Source: Caldisericia bacterium (GTDB taxonomy: Bacteria > Caldisericota > Caldisericia > JAAYUI01). From it: a stretch of DNA of 64,000 bases. Positions 29,101-37,291 of this stretch are shown one piece after another (position 1 is the stretch's first letter; each line of letters opens with the position of its first letter). The position numbers and the translations under genes are program-made. Under the pieces are notes generated by a model. It was given only the letters and a program-made list of their open reading frames with translations. It was not told where the DNA came from and made no database searches. The stretch spans positions 2,059,224 through 2,123,223 of the forward strand of contig JAXGMQ010000001.1 in NCBI GenBank assembly GCA_040768585.1, read 5' to 3'.

Positions 29101-31312
29101 TGAACTCTGTCTTGTCGAAGACCATATCACTCATCCTGACATCGCCGTAGTCAACAATGAGGTTTGAGTTTGTGTCCAGATAGATGTCCTCGCCTGGAGT
29201 GTATTCCCCGTCTGGCATATCGTTATCGTGTCGAATATCATAGAAGCAGAGGTCTGGTGGCAGGTTTGCTAGTGCTGTACCGACATCCAAATCACCCTTG
29301 GCAACCGTGGAACCGCACTTGTACGTGACCTCTGAGCCATCCCGAATGACAGTTGTTACAAACAGCCTCTTATCACCCGCCTCAACCACCATCGCGCTGC
29401 CAGTGCCCTTCATGTAGAGCTTTCGATTGCAGCCAAGGGTTGGGCTTCCATCGTCAAATCTTTTGTATCTCGAATCAAACGATACGAGACCAGGACCGCC
29501 CGTGGGTGGAGGTGTGGTTCTGTAGGCATCAGGACATTCAAGTACGTCTATTGCTCCGATGAAAGCCTCAGAGTTTCTGGAAACGTAGTAATCAACGTTG
29601 GCGTTTTGGGCGGTAACATCCGAGCCTGTGCCAAAGGAGTTATCCAGCCCGTTGTCATTGAAGAGTGCAATACCATAGTATGATCTGTAGTCCGGTTTGA
29701 TATTGAAGAATGTGACTGCTGGGAGTGCCCACTGAAGTGATGTCTCATCGAGAGAAGTGGATTTTGCGATGGATTGAGAGCCATAGAGTGACTTGCCATA
29801 TGGGTTATAGACACCCGCTTTGGCAGACGACGGCATATTACCCATCCACACATCGGACTGAACAAAGTAGTCATAGATTGGTGCAATAGGGCCAGACTTG
29901 ATTGTTTCTACAAGTAGCAGCATATCGCCGGCGACACAGCCGCCAATCGAACAAACACCCGCACCATTCGTGTTCTCGAATCTGTGGGCGTTGGTATTGA
30001 CATCAGTGAGTGCAACATCGTTCTCAGTCACGAAATTTTCTGAATCGAGTTTCCTGTAGATGAATTCGCCAGGATCATACATTGAATTCGCATCAACATT
30101 CTGTGAATATCTTTCGTCGTTGGTTGAGCCGGTATTCACAAATGGAATAAGGGCTTGACCAACATCAAGGTCATCGCCAGGATCAAGGATGCCAAATGGA
30201 GGGTTGTCCACGACCTGGGTGCCGGCTTTGTAAATTCTTGTGGTGCCAATCGATGTCGTCAGAACAACATCTGTGAGTCTGGTATCACTGCTTGCCACAT
30301 TTGGCGCAATCAGTGTGGCGTCAGTTCTTTTGTATATCCACTCTGAGGGAGTATACCTTCCCTCGGTAGAAATGTTTTCGGCGTGCCACTCTTCGTCTAC
30401 CGTGAAATCAGCATCTCCGTTGTCTTCAAATGTTGAGAGCTGCAAGCCGATATCCCACCTGAAGATGGCTGAGTTGGAAACAGCGCGTGGTTTGAGTGTT
30501 GTTCCAAGTGACTGAATCAATGGGAAATCAATACTTGGATTCTTGTCCTGAATAAGCGGAAAATCTGGCATGTCCACCCAACCGAGTTGGAACAACCTTG
30601 TCTTGATTGGTGGATCGGGATTGAGTGGAGTCGGATAAAAGCCCTCGAGGTCTTCTGTGTCCCACCTGAAGTATACTGGTGTATCCGTCAAGTAACCGGG
30701 CTGCGATGAGCCGTCTTGTTTCGTTGGAAATAAGTAGTACGGACCCTGTGTGTTGTTACCGTTTATTGGGTCGACATAACAATTCTTGTTTATCCTGACA
30801 TCATCCCAGTCAACGTTTGCAACTGGATCTCTTCTGTAGTTTGGATCGTTTGGGTCTGAGTAACCATAGTATCTGCAGTCATTGAAATTACCGTCTGGGT
30901 CAAACCAGATTTGCCCGGCGGAGTCAATCACCGCAAACATTTTCTCTTTCATACGAGTCGGGGTTTGATAGTCGTAGTCAAGATTCAGATAGAAAACACA
31001 GTAATAAAGAGGGATGGTGTTGGTTGTATCTGTCGCTGCGATGTTATAGCTATTCGTGTCAATGGCAAATTCGGCATCTGGCATTGGGAAGGATGTGCGA
31101 CCCCAGGAAACAATGGAATTTCCGTCAAAATTGTAGTCAGGAGCTGACACAAGATTGTTTCCGCTCCAGGACATTCCAACAGGCGCCCATCTTACAGCAA
31201 CCATAGTTGCTGTCTCGTTGTGCATGCTCAAATCGGATGCAAAAGAAAATTCCAACGGTGACAACAACAAAATAGCCGCAACAAATATTGTTGTTAGTTT
31301 ATTTTTATTCAT
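23174..31312 (-). CDS. Giant secreted cell-surface protein (2712 aa) with a degenerate C-terminal CuAO-N-like anchor module. Function unknown.
   Basis: Signal peptide MNKNKLTTIFVAAILLLSPLEFSFASD. The ORF is uninterrupted for 8.1 kb. The C-terminus (LPTAPILRGGMFYLSPEVLLQVLDCEVEYNTITGELVLS) resembles the anchor modules of the other surface proteins in the window. Confidence 0.6.
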   Translation of the reverse strand: MNKNKLTTIFVAAILLLSPLEFSFASDLSMHNETATMVAVRWAPVGMSWSGNNLVSAPDYNFDGNSIVSWGRTSFPMPDAEFAIDTNSYNIAATDTTNTIPLYYCVFYLNLDYDYQTPTRMKEKMFAVIDSAGQIWFDPDGNFNDCRYYGYSDPNDPNYRRDPVANVDWDDVRINKNCYVDPINGNNTQGPYYLFPTKQDGSSQPGYLTDTPVYFRWDTEDLEGFYPTPLNPDPPIKTRLFQLGWVDMPDFPLIQDKNPSIDFPLIQSLGTTLKPRAVSNSAIFRWDIGLQLSTFEDNGDADFTVDEEWHAENISTEGRYTPSEWIYKRTDATLIAPNVASSDTRLTDVVLTTSIGTTRIYKAGTQVVDNPPFGILDPGDDLDVGQALIPFVNTGSTNDERYSQNVDANSMYDPGEFIYRKLDSENFVTENDVALTDVNTNAHRFENTNGAGVCSIGGCVAGDMLLLVETIKSGPIAPIYDYFVQSDVWMGNMPSSAKAGVYNPYGKSLYGSQSIAKSTSLDETSLQWALPAVTFFNIKPDYRSYYGIALFNDNGLDNSFGTGSDVTAQNANVDYYVSRNSEAFIGAIDVLECPDAYRTTPPPTGGPGLVSFDSRYKRFDDGSPTLGCNRKLYMKGTGSAMVVEAGDKRLFVTTVIRDGSEVTYKCGSTVAKGDLDVGTALANLPPDLCFYDIRHDNDMPDGEYTPGEDIYLDTNSNLIVDYGDVRMSDMVFDKTEFNCGDVVDELGVWVHKYELHGVSTGNCGYPMAIDVPVLPGNLGLTVHADRYLRVEQTSKLTVKTAVVPRNDNKIHVVVTNMVSQGKTPHEQYFVLTKDKPEAEIEITPYRGSLNLNGTYDPITITAYAEFGDYNDLPEPPDGAYQDLFYLTKYYNEPNLKNPPQLTTTVPKPVPITTVPLSIHNSYDAWDRAYHSVTCEYLEMASTRLCLDQLEERFPNISLEAYNGDNVSDINDPCCIPFALGSDQHTIVLFNAIGGGVKWMATAIGSSGQRYIIQYNQNKTYKFWYWNDIGYVPGALDAGDFVGDDPAFFPPNPIGTQMPIEVSTQASLDDMDDSARAARPSLNDDGFMKWGVVTKGDHLGIFDGEMIDPKTGSTFGEIWSWGVPTYITSRGTFTETDVGGWALGIVKPIEPKPVKLRLTSFNIMWDYNSVRDTHPAEYIMENHLAMDYTGYVTVDVPEVDARLNFSELQIVDRGLQFSNQNYTNGEMATNPLPFPAPQIQLPYNPILRNLQDEFRAYPGGQTHIGRVFRFSGGSGGHGMRGLRALLHGFSAYPAIWSEWGQRYNKSSRALGKDRDADKAQKKVNYVKLGTEFGPLTDYAFYFVLKDMNGRHLTFNPGTAANPTPSMYHIQKIKVTGPFKTPPITDPIEGYVTTKFSVDGRINSPLGYDFTGEIVIDNTNYKWYEYEGKDFIGEVGFGPDTVVFDDYDYNGFLMWNHRLNYTGIDNVIKIDELIPLGSGEIQIEVTLSDGTIKHFQDCCDKDNTYGVQVHGLTITGLPETLAVNQDHHLDVQVTEDLPMQVEMACNNAVLFIWQDRGIAFQIEGMDEPLHIGQGDARMLMPPMPVRDSSWTGAAMYTEFLDFNDNGKVSFGDWEIEVIGTYDLASNTWVGGMVDGRTVNRNNGIYHFDLTADGNCQITDVGIDIGGFNIGRMSKHIIERDHVVAANETAGVYVDAFKYGDDNSDRSFAPYYQFEWFDAAYTHEVYLAGQARVNVQPADSLNIEVYPQPLTAGIVNELVDPTAPLTIKVMDANGSPINLLEGVIDLIGDRDVPPERAQQHLFRDWHPDQAEFYGPGARLPQYYWVRTDLHNESGDYYENFYLYSNWEDKPFDPIDIDFSRADEGLYMFKGFCANDAGEFDLTVYTPDRRSMGTTKVKVELPDVEYSVVNIDDPEQKVFTSPGEPDFLLTAGSNRIYDVTVTCRNKQGVLIKQPPQSVRMCNEYETFPAHFTPFISLPANQMPRKWFPCYDCEEHYDVHVGFDYSGDGIVQRGNGEIYTFQGAKSRREFMAWDDEYGAPTVLRYNSPVYYNTRNVYFRNSTFSETPSMLIEPDITFTDSAWGLGCIYNQPYDGVYLFADREIDGVIDYDDFLALDELGSCKFTIFAEDVCKVGGLVGCNPYTADRYFCDVAGAPLPYYTDPGFVYTRYKFFTEPGPLRGSDMGSRDGTFKLDWDAMPSSMLQIAPPKIVLKSARTGRPLSAELFDPSSFDLAYGCNNYVLAELHPADDRDLVMPSGATLIASGSNHHELSQGGFINWMDSEVPITHITITPDGHGKEVIYLGYKNKNTLLDVSPYDFNIATSPRNYSIFPIASLDSSPGIMPVLVEPAEIVTNLENDIVIKVVDVATGALIENAKVRITSDEIDLDSVTKADGKASFKLTPKNTETLLIVATAEGYVEGECEIRPGVQTQPPMLEIDEFEPVTNKKISTISGTTTPGAKITVNGNTVAVDSDGNFKTTVTLVEGSNSVQIISSLNGVPPTTKNITVFVDTIPPAIMPPRIPELIGAQKYTLKVRIEPGCQATVNGQKATVIYDQLTADISLTPGNNEILIEAVDPAGNIARETLSVPVYAQVWAKLVVGEKLVVDEEGNPLGSLTSVFENVQEIPVDALQLIFNASYTIRETISLCELEIFGNTYAFEAGSTSAIAGGQTVELPTAPILRGGMFYLSPEVLLQVLDCEVEYNTITGELVLSRLWLP

Positions 31313-31385
31313 ATTCTCTCAATCCTTATGGGTCTCAATTCTACACCTTGTAGTATAGCAGTCAAGAATTTGCGGTTCATGTGTT

Positions 31386-31844
31386 TTAGCCCTCAATTTT
31401 CTTGAATACTTCGACTATTGTTTCCATGCCCGTGATTAGTTTCTCAACATCATTTTCATCAAGGCTAGAAAACGAATCCGAAATAATTTCGTATAGAATC
31501 TTTTCCCTTTCTGCAGCGTGTTCTTTCCCTTTTTCTGTTAAGCTTATCCATTTCTTGCGTCGATCGTTTGGGTCGCTTTCTACCTTAACAAACCCCTCAC
31601 TCTCGATAACATCGACTATTGCAGTGAGTGTGCTTTTTCTCAAATCCACGAATGAACCGAGTTTGGTTGGTGTTATTTTTCCTCTGATATTTATGATGAA
31701 GATTGCCTTGTTGATATTTTTTCTACCCTTGTCGAACTTATGTCCACGCCTGACGAATGCCTTGGCAAAGTGTCTCGATGACTCCATCTTTACCTCATGC
31801 ATCAGTCTCATAAACTTTCTTATTTGAATCTCTTGCATATCCAC
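31386..31844 (-). CDS. MarR-family transcriptional regulator.
   Basis: Winged-helix region KLGSFVDLRKSTLTAIVDVIESEGFVKVESDPNDRRKKWISLTEKGKE matches the MarR fold. It lies immediately upstream of, and on the same strand as, the giant-protein gene, and divergent from the peptidase gene. Confidence 0.7.
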   Translation of the reverse strand: MDMQEIQIRKFMRLMHEVKMESSRHFAKAFVRRGHKFDKGRKNINKAIFIINIRGKITPTKLGSFVDLRKSTLTAIVDVIESEGFVKVESDPNDRRKKWISLTEKGKEHAAEREKILYEIISDSFSSLDENDVEKLITGMETIVEVFKKIEG

Positions 31845-31975
31845 TCCAAGATAGTTAGAAATAGAACAATTAGAATATGAATAATATTCCCTTCAAGTCA
31901 ACCCAAATAAACTTTAAAACTTTTGTATATCTGCTTTTCTTGCAGTTGAATAACCAAAATGATAGATTTAAAAAC

Positions 31976-34162
31976 ATGAGAACGAAAACAGCTGTGGTTG
32001 TCGTCTTTATGCTTGCTTTAGTGACGTTTTTTGGTAATCAAAGGTTCTCTATTGCAGCAGAAAGACCGTATGGTTACCTCATAATTTCGGTTGTTTCTGA
32101 GAACACCCTTAAGCCACTGATCGACTACAGGGCAAGTCAGGGATTAGAAGTCACATTTGTGAAACACACAGATATCGATGATGTTGATGATCCCATCTCC
32201 ATACGCGATTACATAAAAGACAGAATGGAAGAACTCAATCTCAGATACGTTCTTTTTGTGGGGAGACACAAAACACTACCAATGCTCACAGCAGTTCCGG
32301 ACTCATCTATTTCTGGTCACGACATGGTAAATGACACTGAAACTGATTTTTTCTATGCAACACCAAATGCCATCTGGGATAAGGATGGTGATGGTAGACT
32401 CGGAGAGCTGACTGATGATGGAGTTATGGCGCATGAACCCGAATTATTTGTCGGTCGGATTCCATTTGATGATGATAAGATTGTTTCAAACATAGTTACA
32501 AGAACAATTGAATTTGACAGTATGACAGATGCAGAGAAATCCAGGTGCCTCTTCCCGGGCTCCCTTCTTGGCTACAAAGGGCAGATGTGGGAGGGGAAAA
32601 GGATGGAAAGAGGCGATGGAGCCGACTTCTCAGAGATGATTTACAATGACTTTTTCAGAGATTCAGGTTTCTCACGATTCAGACAGTATGAGAGTGAAGG
32701 ACTTCTACCTGCTCCTTATGTGTTTGAGGAACCGGTATCAGACTCGACACTTTCAAGCAGATTTCCAGAAAATTTCGGTCTTGTGTGTTGGACGGGGCAC
32801 GGCAGTCCAGAGCGTGTTGTGAGAACAATCTGGTACGAAAAGCCAGGTGGAGTGTCTGCTCCAGAGGAGAAAAACTTGAAGCAGCCAAAGCTGATTCACT
32901 CCTCCGATGTCAAGAGTTCAACTCTTAGGTGGGGCATTGTTATGGCTGCATCGTGCAGCACGAGTAATCCAAGACGAGAATATAATCTCGGTGCCGCATG
33001 TCTTGCTGCTGGAGCAGTGGGATATGTCGGGTCAACTGGCGTTGCTTGGGGTCCGTCATACTGGCGAACCGTAGATGATGGCGGAATGAACACCGTCTAT
33101 TATCTCTTCGCCAAAAACATTTCGCAAACTGGAACAACAACAGGCGAAGCTATGGCAAACTCTCTGTATGAATATGCTAAAGACTATTTCTGGGGAGACA
33201 CCGAAGACCCTCCAGAGGCATCGCAGATGAACATTTTCAACTACAATCTCTATGGAGACCCAGCTGTAACCCTTGTTAGAGGTGACCAATCACCAAGATT
33301 GGTTGTAGATGAACCAAGCACCTACTCATACCCAGGTGGCACTGCTGTCTGGGAAGGGAAAGTTACTGGTGAAATCGGCACATCTTTCAAGGCTCAAGTC
33401 ATCCCAGGACAAATGGATATGGCGTGGGCTGTCCCAAAAATTGATATCGAGGATGGTAGATGGAAAATTGAGATTGAGATTTCCAAGGATGCCGAAACGG
33501 GTGAGAGACAGTGGATTCTGATGCAAACAGACTCAGGTGCAAGGGTGAAACATCCACTCATTCTCAAGGTTCATGCGAGAGCAAGTCAGGAACTACTTGC
33601 CGATATCAATCCACAGAAATTGGCTCCATATAGGCACTTCAAGCTTACGTTCTCAACAGAGGGAAAACTCTCAACCTCCAACATGATGCTCAAATACGAT
33701 CCATTCAGGTTAGAATTGATTGAGATTTTTGATGCATCAGATGAGTCTACCCACTGGGATTTCATTGATAACTATATGGGTATGGCAAGAATCACAACAG
33801 ATGGAGACAATGAAAACAACCTCATCATCTTGGAATTTCGTCCGAGGGCTGGCTTTGGTGTAACAGAGCTCTCTGTGCCTTCCATATATGTTGCGGACGA
33901 GAGAGGGACAACGATTATTTCAAAACCCGTCTCATATGGTCTGACCATGGAAGAATCCGAGGTTTGGAGGTCGAGAGCTGACTTTGACCACTCGGGTTAT
34001 GTGGATGACACAGATTTGTGTTACATCACAACCAACCTGGGTCTCTTGTCGGATGGATCGCTATTTACTGCTACGCTAGACATAAACATGGACGGAGTGA
34101 TTGATATGATGGATTACTCACTCGCGCTCTCAAGGTTGTCCCCCGAAGAAAGTTATCAGTGA
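31976..34162 (+). CDS. Secreted clan-CD cysteine peptidase-like protein (gingipain/C25-like) with C-terminal dockerin.
   Basis: The signal peptide probably begins at MRTKTAVVVVFMLALVTFFG (the ORF track starts earlier, at 31877). A His-Gly ... Cys dyad candidate (CWTGHGSPE ... MAASCSTSN). C-terminal dockerin loops DFDHSGYVDDTDLCYITTNLG ... LDINMDGVIDMMDYSLALSRL. Confidence 0.5.
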   Translation: MRTKTAVVVVFMLALVTFFGNQRFSIAAERPYGYLIISVVSENTLKPLIDYRASQGLEVTFVKHTDIDDVDDPISIRDYIKDRMEELNLRYVLFVGRHKTLPMLTAVPDSSISGHDMVNDTETDFFYATPNAIWDKDGDGRLGELTDDGVMAHEPELFVGRIPFDDDKIVSNIVTRTIEFDSMTDAEKSRCLFPGSLLGYKGQMWEGKRMERGDGADFSEMIYNDFFRDSGFSRFRQYESEGLLPAPYVFEEPVSDSTLSSRFPENFGLVCWTGHGSPERVVRTIWYEKPGGVSAPEEKNLKQPKLIHSSDVKSSTLRWGIVMAASCSTSNPRREYNLGAACLAAGAVGYVGSTGVAWGPSYWRTVDDGGMNTVYYLFAKNISQTGTTTGEAMANSLYEYAKDYFWGDTEDPPEASQMNIFNYNLYGDPAVTLVRGDQSPRLVVDEPSTYSYPGGTAVWEGKVTGEIGTSFKAQVIPGQMDMAWAVPKIDIEDGRWKIEIEISKDAETGERQWILMQTDSGARVKHPLILKVHARASQELLADINPQKLAPYRHFKLTFSTEGKLSTSNMMLKYDPFRLELIEIFDASDESTHWDFIDNYMGMARITTDGDNENNLIILEFRPRAGFGVTELSVPSIYVADERGTTIISKPVSYGLTMEESEVWRSRADFDHSGYVDDTDLCYITTNLGLLSDGSLFTATLDINMDGVIDMMDYSLALSRLSPEESYQ

Positions 34163-35679
34163 AGAAAGTGTCTTTGACCGGTGAAAACCAAGCCCACACC
34201 AAGCTCATTTGCCTTATCGATTACCTCTTGATCTCGGATTGATCCACCTGGTTCGATGACAGCCTTGACTCCAGCTTGGTGCGCCGCCTCTATTGAGTCG
34301 GCAAATGGGAGGAATGCATCGGATGCCAAATATGATCCTTGGCATTTGTCTCCAGCTTGAGCGATTGCAATCTTTGCAGCTCCTACCCTGTTTGGCTGCC
34401 CAGCGCCAACTCCGATGGTTGCGAAGTTCTTGGAGAGCACTATGGCGTTTGATTTAACATGTTTAACAACAGTCATTGCAAACGAAAGCTCAGCAAGGTC
34501 ATGCTCAGACACAGGGGTGGTGCCAATTATATCAAGCTTTTCAAAGATGGTGTTGTCCTGTTCTTGGGCAAGTGTTCCAAAAACTGTAGAGCGAAGTTTC
34601 GCGTGGGGCAATGAGAGATTCCTATCATATGTTATGAGTCTGAGATTCTTTTTCTTAGACAATATCTCCATCGCCTCGCTGGAAAACGTTGGAGCAATGA
34701 TGATCTCAGCGAAGAGCTTTGAAACCTCTTCGGCTGTTCTTCCATCAAGCTCTCTATTGAACGCAAAAATACCGCCATATGGCGACACCTTATCACACTC
34801 GAAAGCTTGTCTGTATGCATCGAGGAGATTGTCAGACAGGGCAACTCCACATGGTGTGAGGTGCTTCATAATAACTGATGCCGGTTTGTCGAATTCAAGG
34901 ACTGTTGTCAAAGCAGCGTCGGCATCAAGGAGATTGTTATAGGAGAGCTTCTTCCCATGAAGTTGGTTTATCTGAAGTTCTCCCATCCCAAATGAGTAAA
35001 GACCGGCCTTCTGGTGGGGGTTTTCGCCATAGCGGAGTTCCTGAATTTGTTCTGGAACGATTGTTTTTGGGAGAAACTGTTCATCCTTCTGGCAGTCGGT
35101 GCTACCGTCGCTATCAAGATATTTATGTATCGCCTTATCGTATGTGTTGGTGACAGCGAACGCTTCCTTCGCAAGTTTCCTTTTGTATTCAATGTCGAAT
35201 CTGCCATTGTTGAGTCTTTCAACAAACTCCGAAAACTGCGATGGTTTGCATAAAACTACCGTATGAGCAAAATTCTTTGCGGCAGCCCTGATGAGCGCAA
35301 CACCACCAATATCAATTTGCTCAATTGCTTCGTCTTCAGTACAGTCAGGTCTTGCGATCGTCTCCTCAAAGGGGTACAGGTTCACAACTACAATGTCTAT
35401 GAAATCCGATTCCAATGTTTCCAAATCCTTCTCGTCACCGGGATTGTTGCGTCTTGCTAGAATGCCCCCAAAAATCTTGGGATGGAGTGTTTTTACCCTT
35501 CCACCCAAAACCTCTGGGCTTTTCGTGAAACTTGATACGTCGGTTATCTGGAAACCCTTAGCTCTCAGGTGTCTTGCTGTCCCACCGGTCGAAAGTATCT
35601 TGTATCCGCTGGCTATCAATTCCCTGGCGAGGTCGGAAATACCTTCCTTGTCGTACACTGAAATCAGAACGTAACTCAT
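34156..35679 (-). CDS. purH: Bifunctional AICAR transformylase / IMP cyclohydrolase (purH).
   Basis: N-terminal MGS-like domain (ALISVYDKEGI ... GGILARR) and AICARFT domain. 507 aa. Confidence 0.9.
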   Translation of the reverse strand: MSYVLISVYDKEGISDLARELIASGYKILSTGGTARHLRAKGFQITDVSSFTKSPEVLGGRVKTLHPKIFGGILARRNNPGDEKDLETLESDFIDIVVVNLYPFEETIARPDCTEDEAIEQIDIGGVALIRAAAKNFAHTVVLCKPSQFSEFVERLNNGRFDIEYKRKLAKEAFAVTNTYDKAIHKYLDSDGSTDCQKDEQFLPKTIVPEQIQELRYGENPHQKAGLYSFGMGELQINQLHGKKLSYNNLLDADAALTTVLEFDKPASVIMKHLTPCGVALSDNLLDAYRQAFECDKVSPYGGIFAFNRELDGRTAEEVSKLFAEIIIAPTFSSEAMEILSKKKNLRLITYDRNLSLPHAKLRSTVFGTLAQEQDNTIFEKLDIIGTTPVSEHDLAELSFAMTVVKHVKSNAIVLSKNFATIGVGAGQPNRVGAAKIAIAQAGDKCQGSYLASDAFLPFADSIEAAHQAGVKAVIEPGGSIRDQEVIDKANELGVGLVFTGQRHFLH

Positions 35680-36290
35680 TTATCCTCCGTTATTACCACT
35701 TTTCTTCTGTCTTCTATCTTCACTTTGTCTTCAAGTATGAGCTTACACGCTCTCCAAAGGGTGTCGTGTTCAGCCTTTAGCACTCTTTCTGACATTGACT
35801 TAAGTGTGTCATCCTCAAGTACCGGAACGCACTTTTGAGCAATGATGGGTCCTGTGTCGCAACCATCATCGACAAAAAACACAGTACAGCCTGTGACCTT
35901 GACCCCATGCTCAAAAACCTGCTTGTTTGCATCAAGCCCTGGGAAAGATGGAAGCAATGCTGGGTGTATGTTAATTAGTTTTCCCCAGAACCTTTCGACA
36001 AAATCCCTTGAGACAAGCAGCATAAAACCGGCAAGAACAATAAGGTCGATACCCCTTTGATCGGCGATATTACCTACATGATCAAAATAGGCTTCTCTGT
36101 CTTGGAAATCTTTTTTCTTAATGACAACATATTCCAAGTCGTTGTCTCGGCAATAATCGAGCGCAGGGGCTTTGCGCATATTCGAGATGACCAGGTCGAT
36201 ACTCGCATCCAGGAGCCCTTCTTTGACAGCTCTGTGGAGAGCCATCAGGTTTGAACCTCGACCGGATACTAATACTGCAATCTTTCTCAC
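35676..36290 (-). CDS. purN: Phosphoribosylglycinamide formyltransferase (purN).
   Basis: KIAVLVSGRGSNLMAL motif. The probable start is GTG at 36290, forming a GTGA overlap with the purM stop. The ORF track extends to 36362. Confidence 0.85.
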   Translation of the reverse strand: MRKIAVLVSGRGSNLMALHRAVKEGLLDASIDLVISNMRKAPALDYCRDNDLEYVVIKKKDFQDREAYFDHVGNIADQRGIDLIVLAGFMLLVSRDFVERFWGKLINIHPALLPSFPGLDANKQVFEHGVKVTGCTVFFVDDGCDTGPIIAQKCVPVLEDDTLKSMSERVLKAEHDTLWRACKLILEDKVKIEDRRKVVITEDK

Positions 36291-37291
36291 TCTAGCGCAA
36301 ATGTTGGTTTCCCATCGCCAACAATTTTTCCTATCACCCTTGAACCTTGGTACAGTGAACAAACCTTTGATGCATCAGATGATGGCACAACAACGATCAT
36401 CCCGATACCCATATTGAACGTGGTGAAAGCCTCTTCCTCGGAGAGTCCTGCGTCAGAAACGGCGAGGTCGATTATCGGAACCCTTGGGAGTTCCGATTTC
36501 TTTACGACTGCCGTGCCAGATTTCATAACCCTTGGGATGTTTTCTGTAAGTCCACCACCTGTGATGTGGGCGATACCTTTGATATCTGCAGCCTCAATCA
36601 TCTTGAGGATGTATGGAGCGTAGATGCGGGTTGGTTCAAGCAGGGCAAGACCAAGATGGGGAATGTCTGGGAGATTGTCACCCAGAGAGCGTGATGAGAG
36701 GATGGCTTTTCTGGCGAGAGTGTAGCCGTTCGAGTGGAGCCCAGAGGACGGTAAACCGACTATCACATCTCCATCGGTTATCCTTGAGCCATCGATTATC
36801 TTTAATTTTTCGACGATGCCAACCACAAAACCCGCAAGGTCATACTCGCCGTCCCTGTAGATATCTACAAGTTGAGCTGTCTCGCCACCGATGAGAGCGC
36901 AGTTGGATTGCTTGCAGCCTTCAGCCAAGCCTTTAACGATATCAACACTTATCTTGTCATCAAGTCTTGAGATGCCAAGATAATCTAGGAAGAATAGTGG
37001 TTTCGCGCCAGCGCAGACAATGTCATCGACATTCATGGCGACACAGTCGATGCCAATAGTGTCGTGCTTGCCCATCTCGATTGCAAGCAAAACCTTGGAG
37101 CCAACACCATCAGCGCCAGAGACAAGCACAGGATTCTCATAACCCTTTGGAAGTTCAAATAGTCCACCAAAGAATCCAAGTTCGCCAAGAACACCAGGAA
37201 TGTTAGTAGAGCTTGCCAGCCCCTTTATTTTGTCAACAAAGGTGTTCGCCTTTGACTGCGATACTCCCGCTTTTGAGTATGCATCAGCCAT
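36287..37291 (-). CDS. purM: Phosphoribosylformylglycinamidine cyclo-ligase (AIR synthetase, purM).
   Basis: PurM N- and C-domain signature. 334 aa. Its 5' end overlaps the purL 3' end by 8 nt. Confidence 0.9.
   Translation of the reverse strand: MADAYSKAGVSQSKANTFVDKIKGLASSTNIPGVLGELGFFGGLFELPKGYENPVLVSGADGVGSKVLLAIEMGKHDTIGIDCVAMNVDDIVCAGAKPLFFLDYLGISRLDDKISVDIVKGLAEGCKQSNCALIGGETAQLVDIYRDGEYDLAGFVVGIVEKLKIIDGSRITDGDVIVGLPSSGLHSNGYTLARKAILSSRSLGDNLPDIPHLGLALLEPTRIYAPYILKMIEAADIKGIAHITGGGLTENIPRVMKSGTAVVKKSELPRVPIIDLAVSDAGLSEEEAFTTFNMGIGMIVVVPSSDASKVCSLYQGSRVIGKIVGDGKPTFALE

Noticed and set aside
25000-31000. Many ORFs of 60–150 aa on both strands inside the 2712-aa giant gene.
   Set aside because: All are nested within one continuous 8.1-kb reading frame that has a signal peptide and a C-terminal anchor module. 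They are out-of-frame artefacts.
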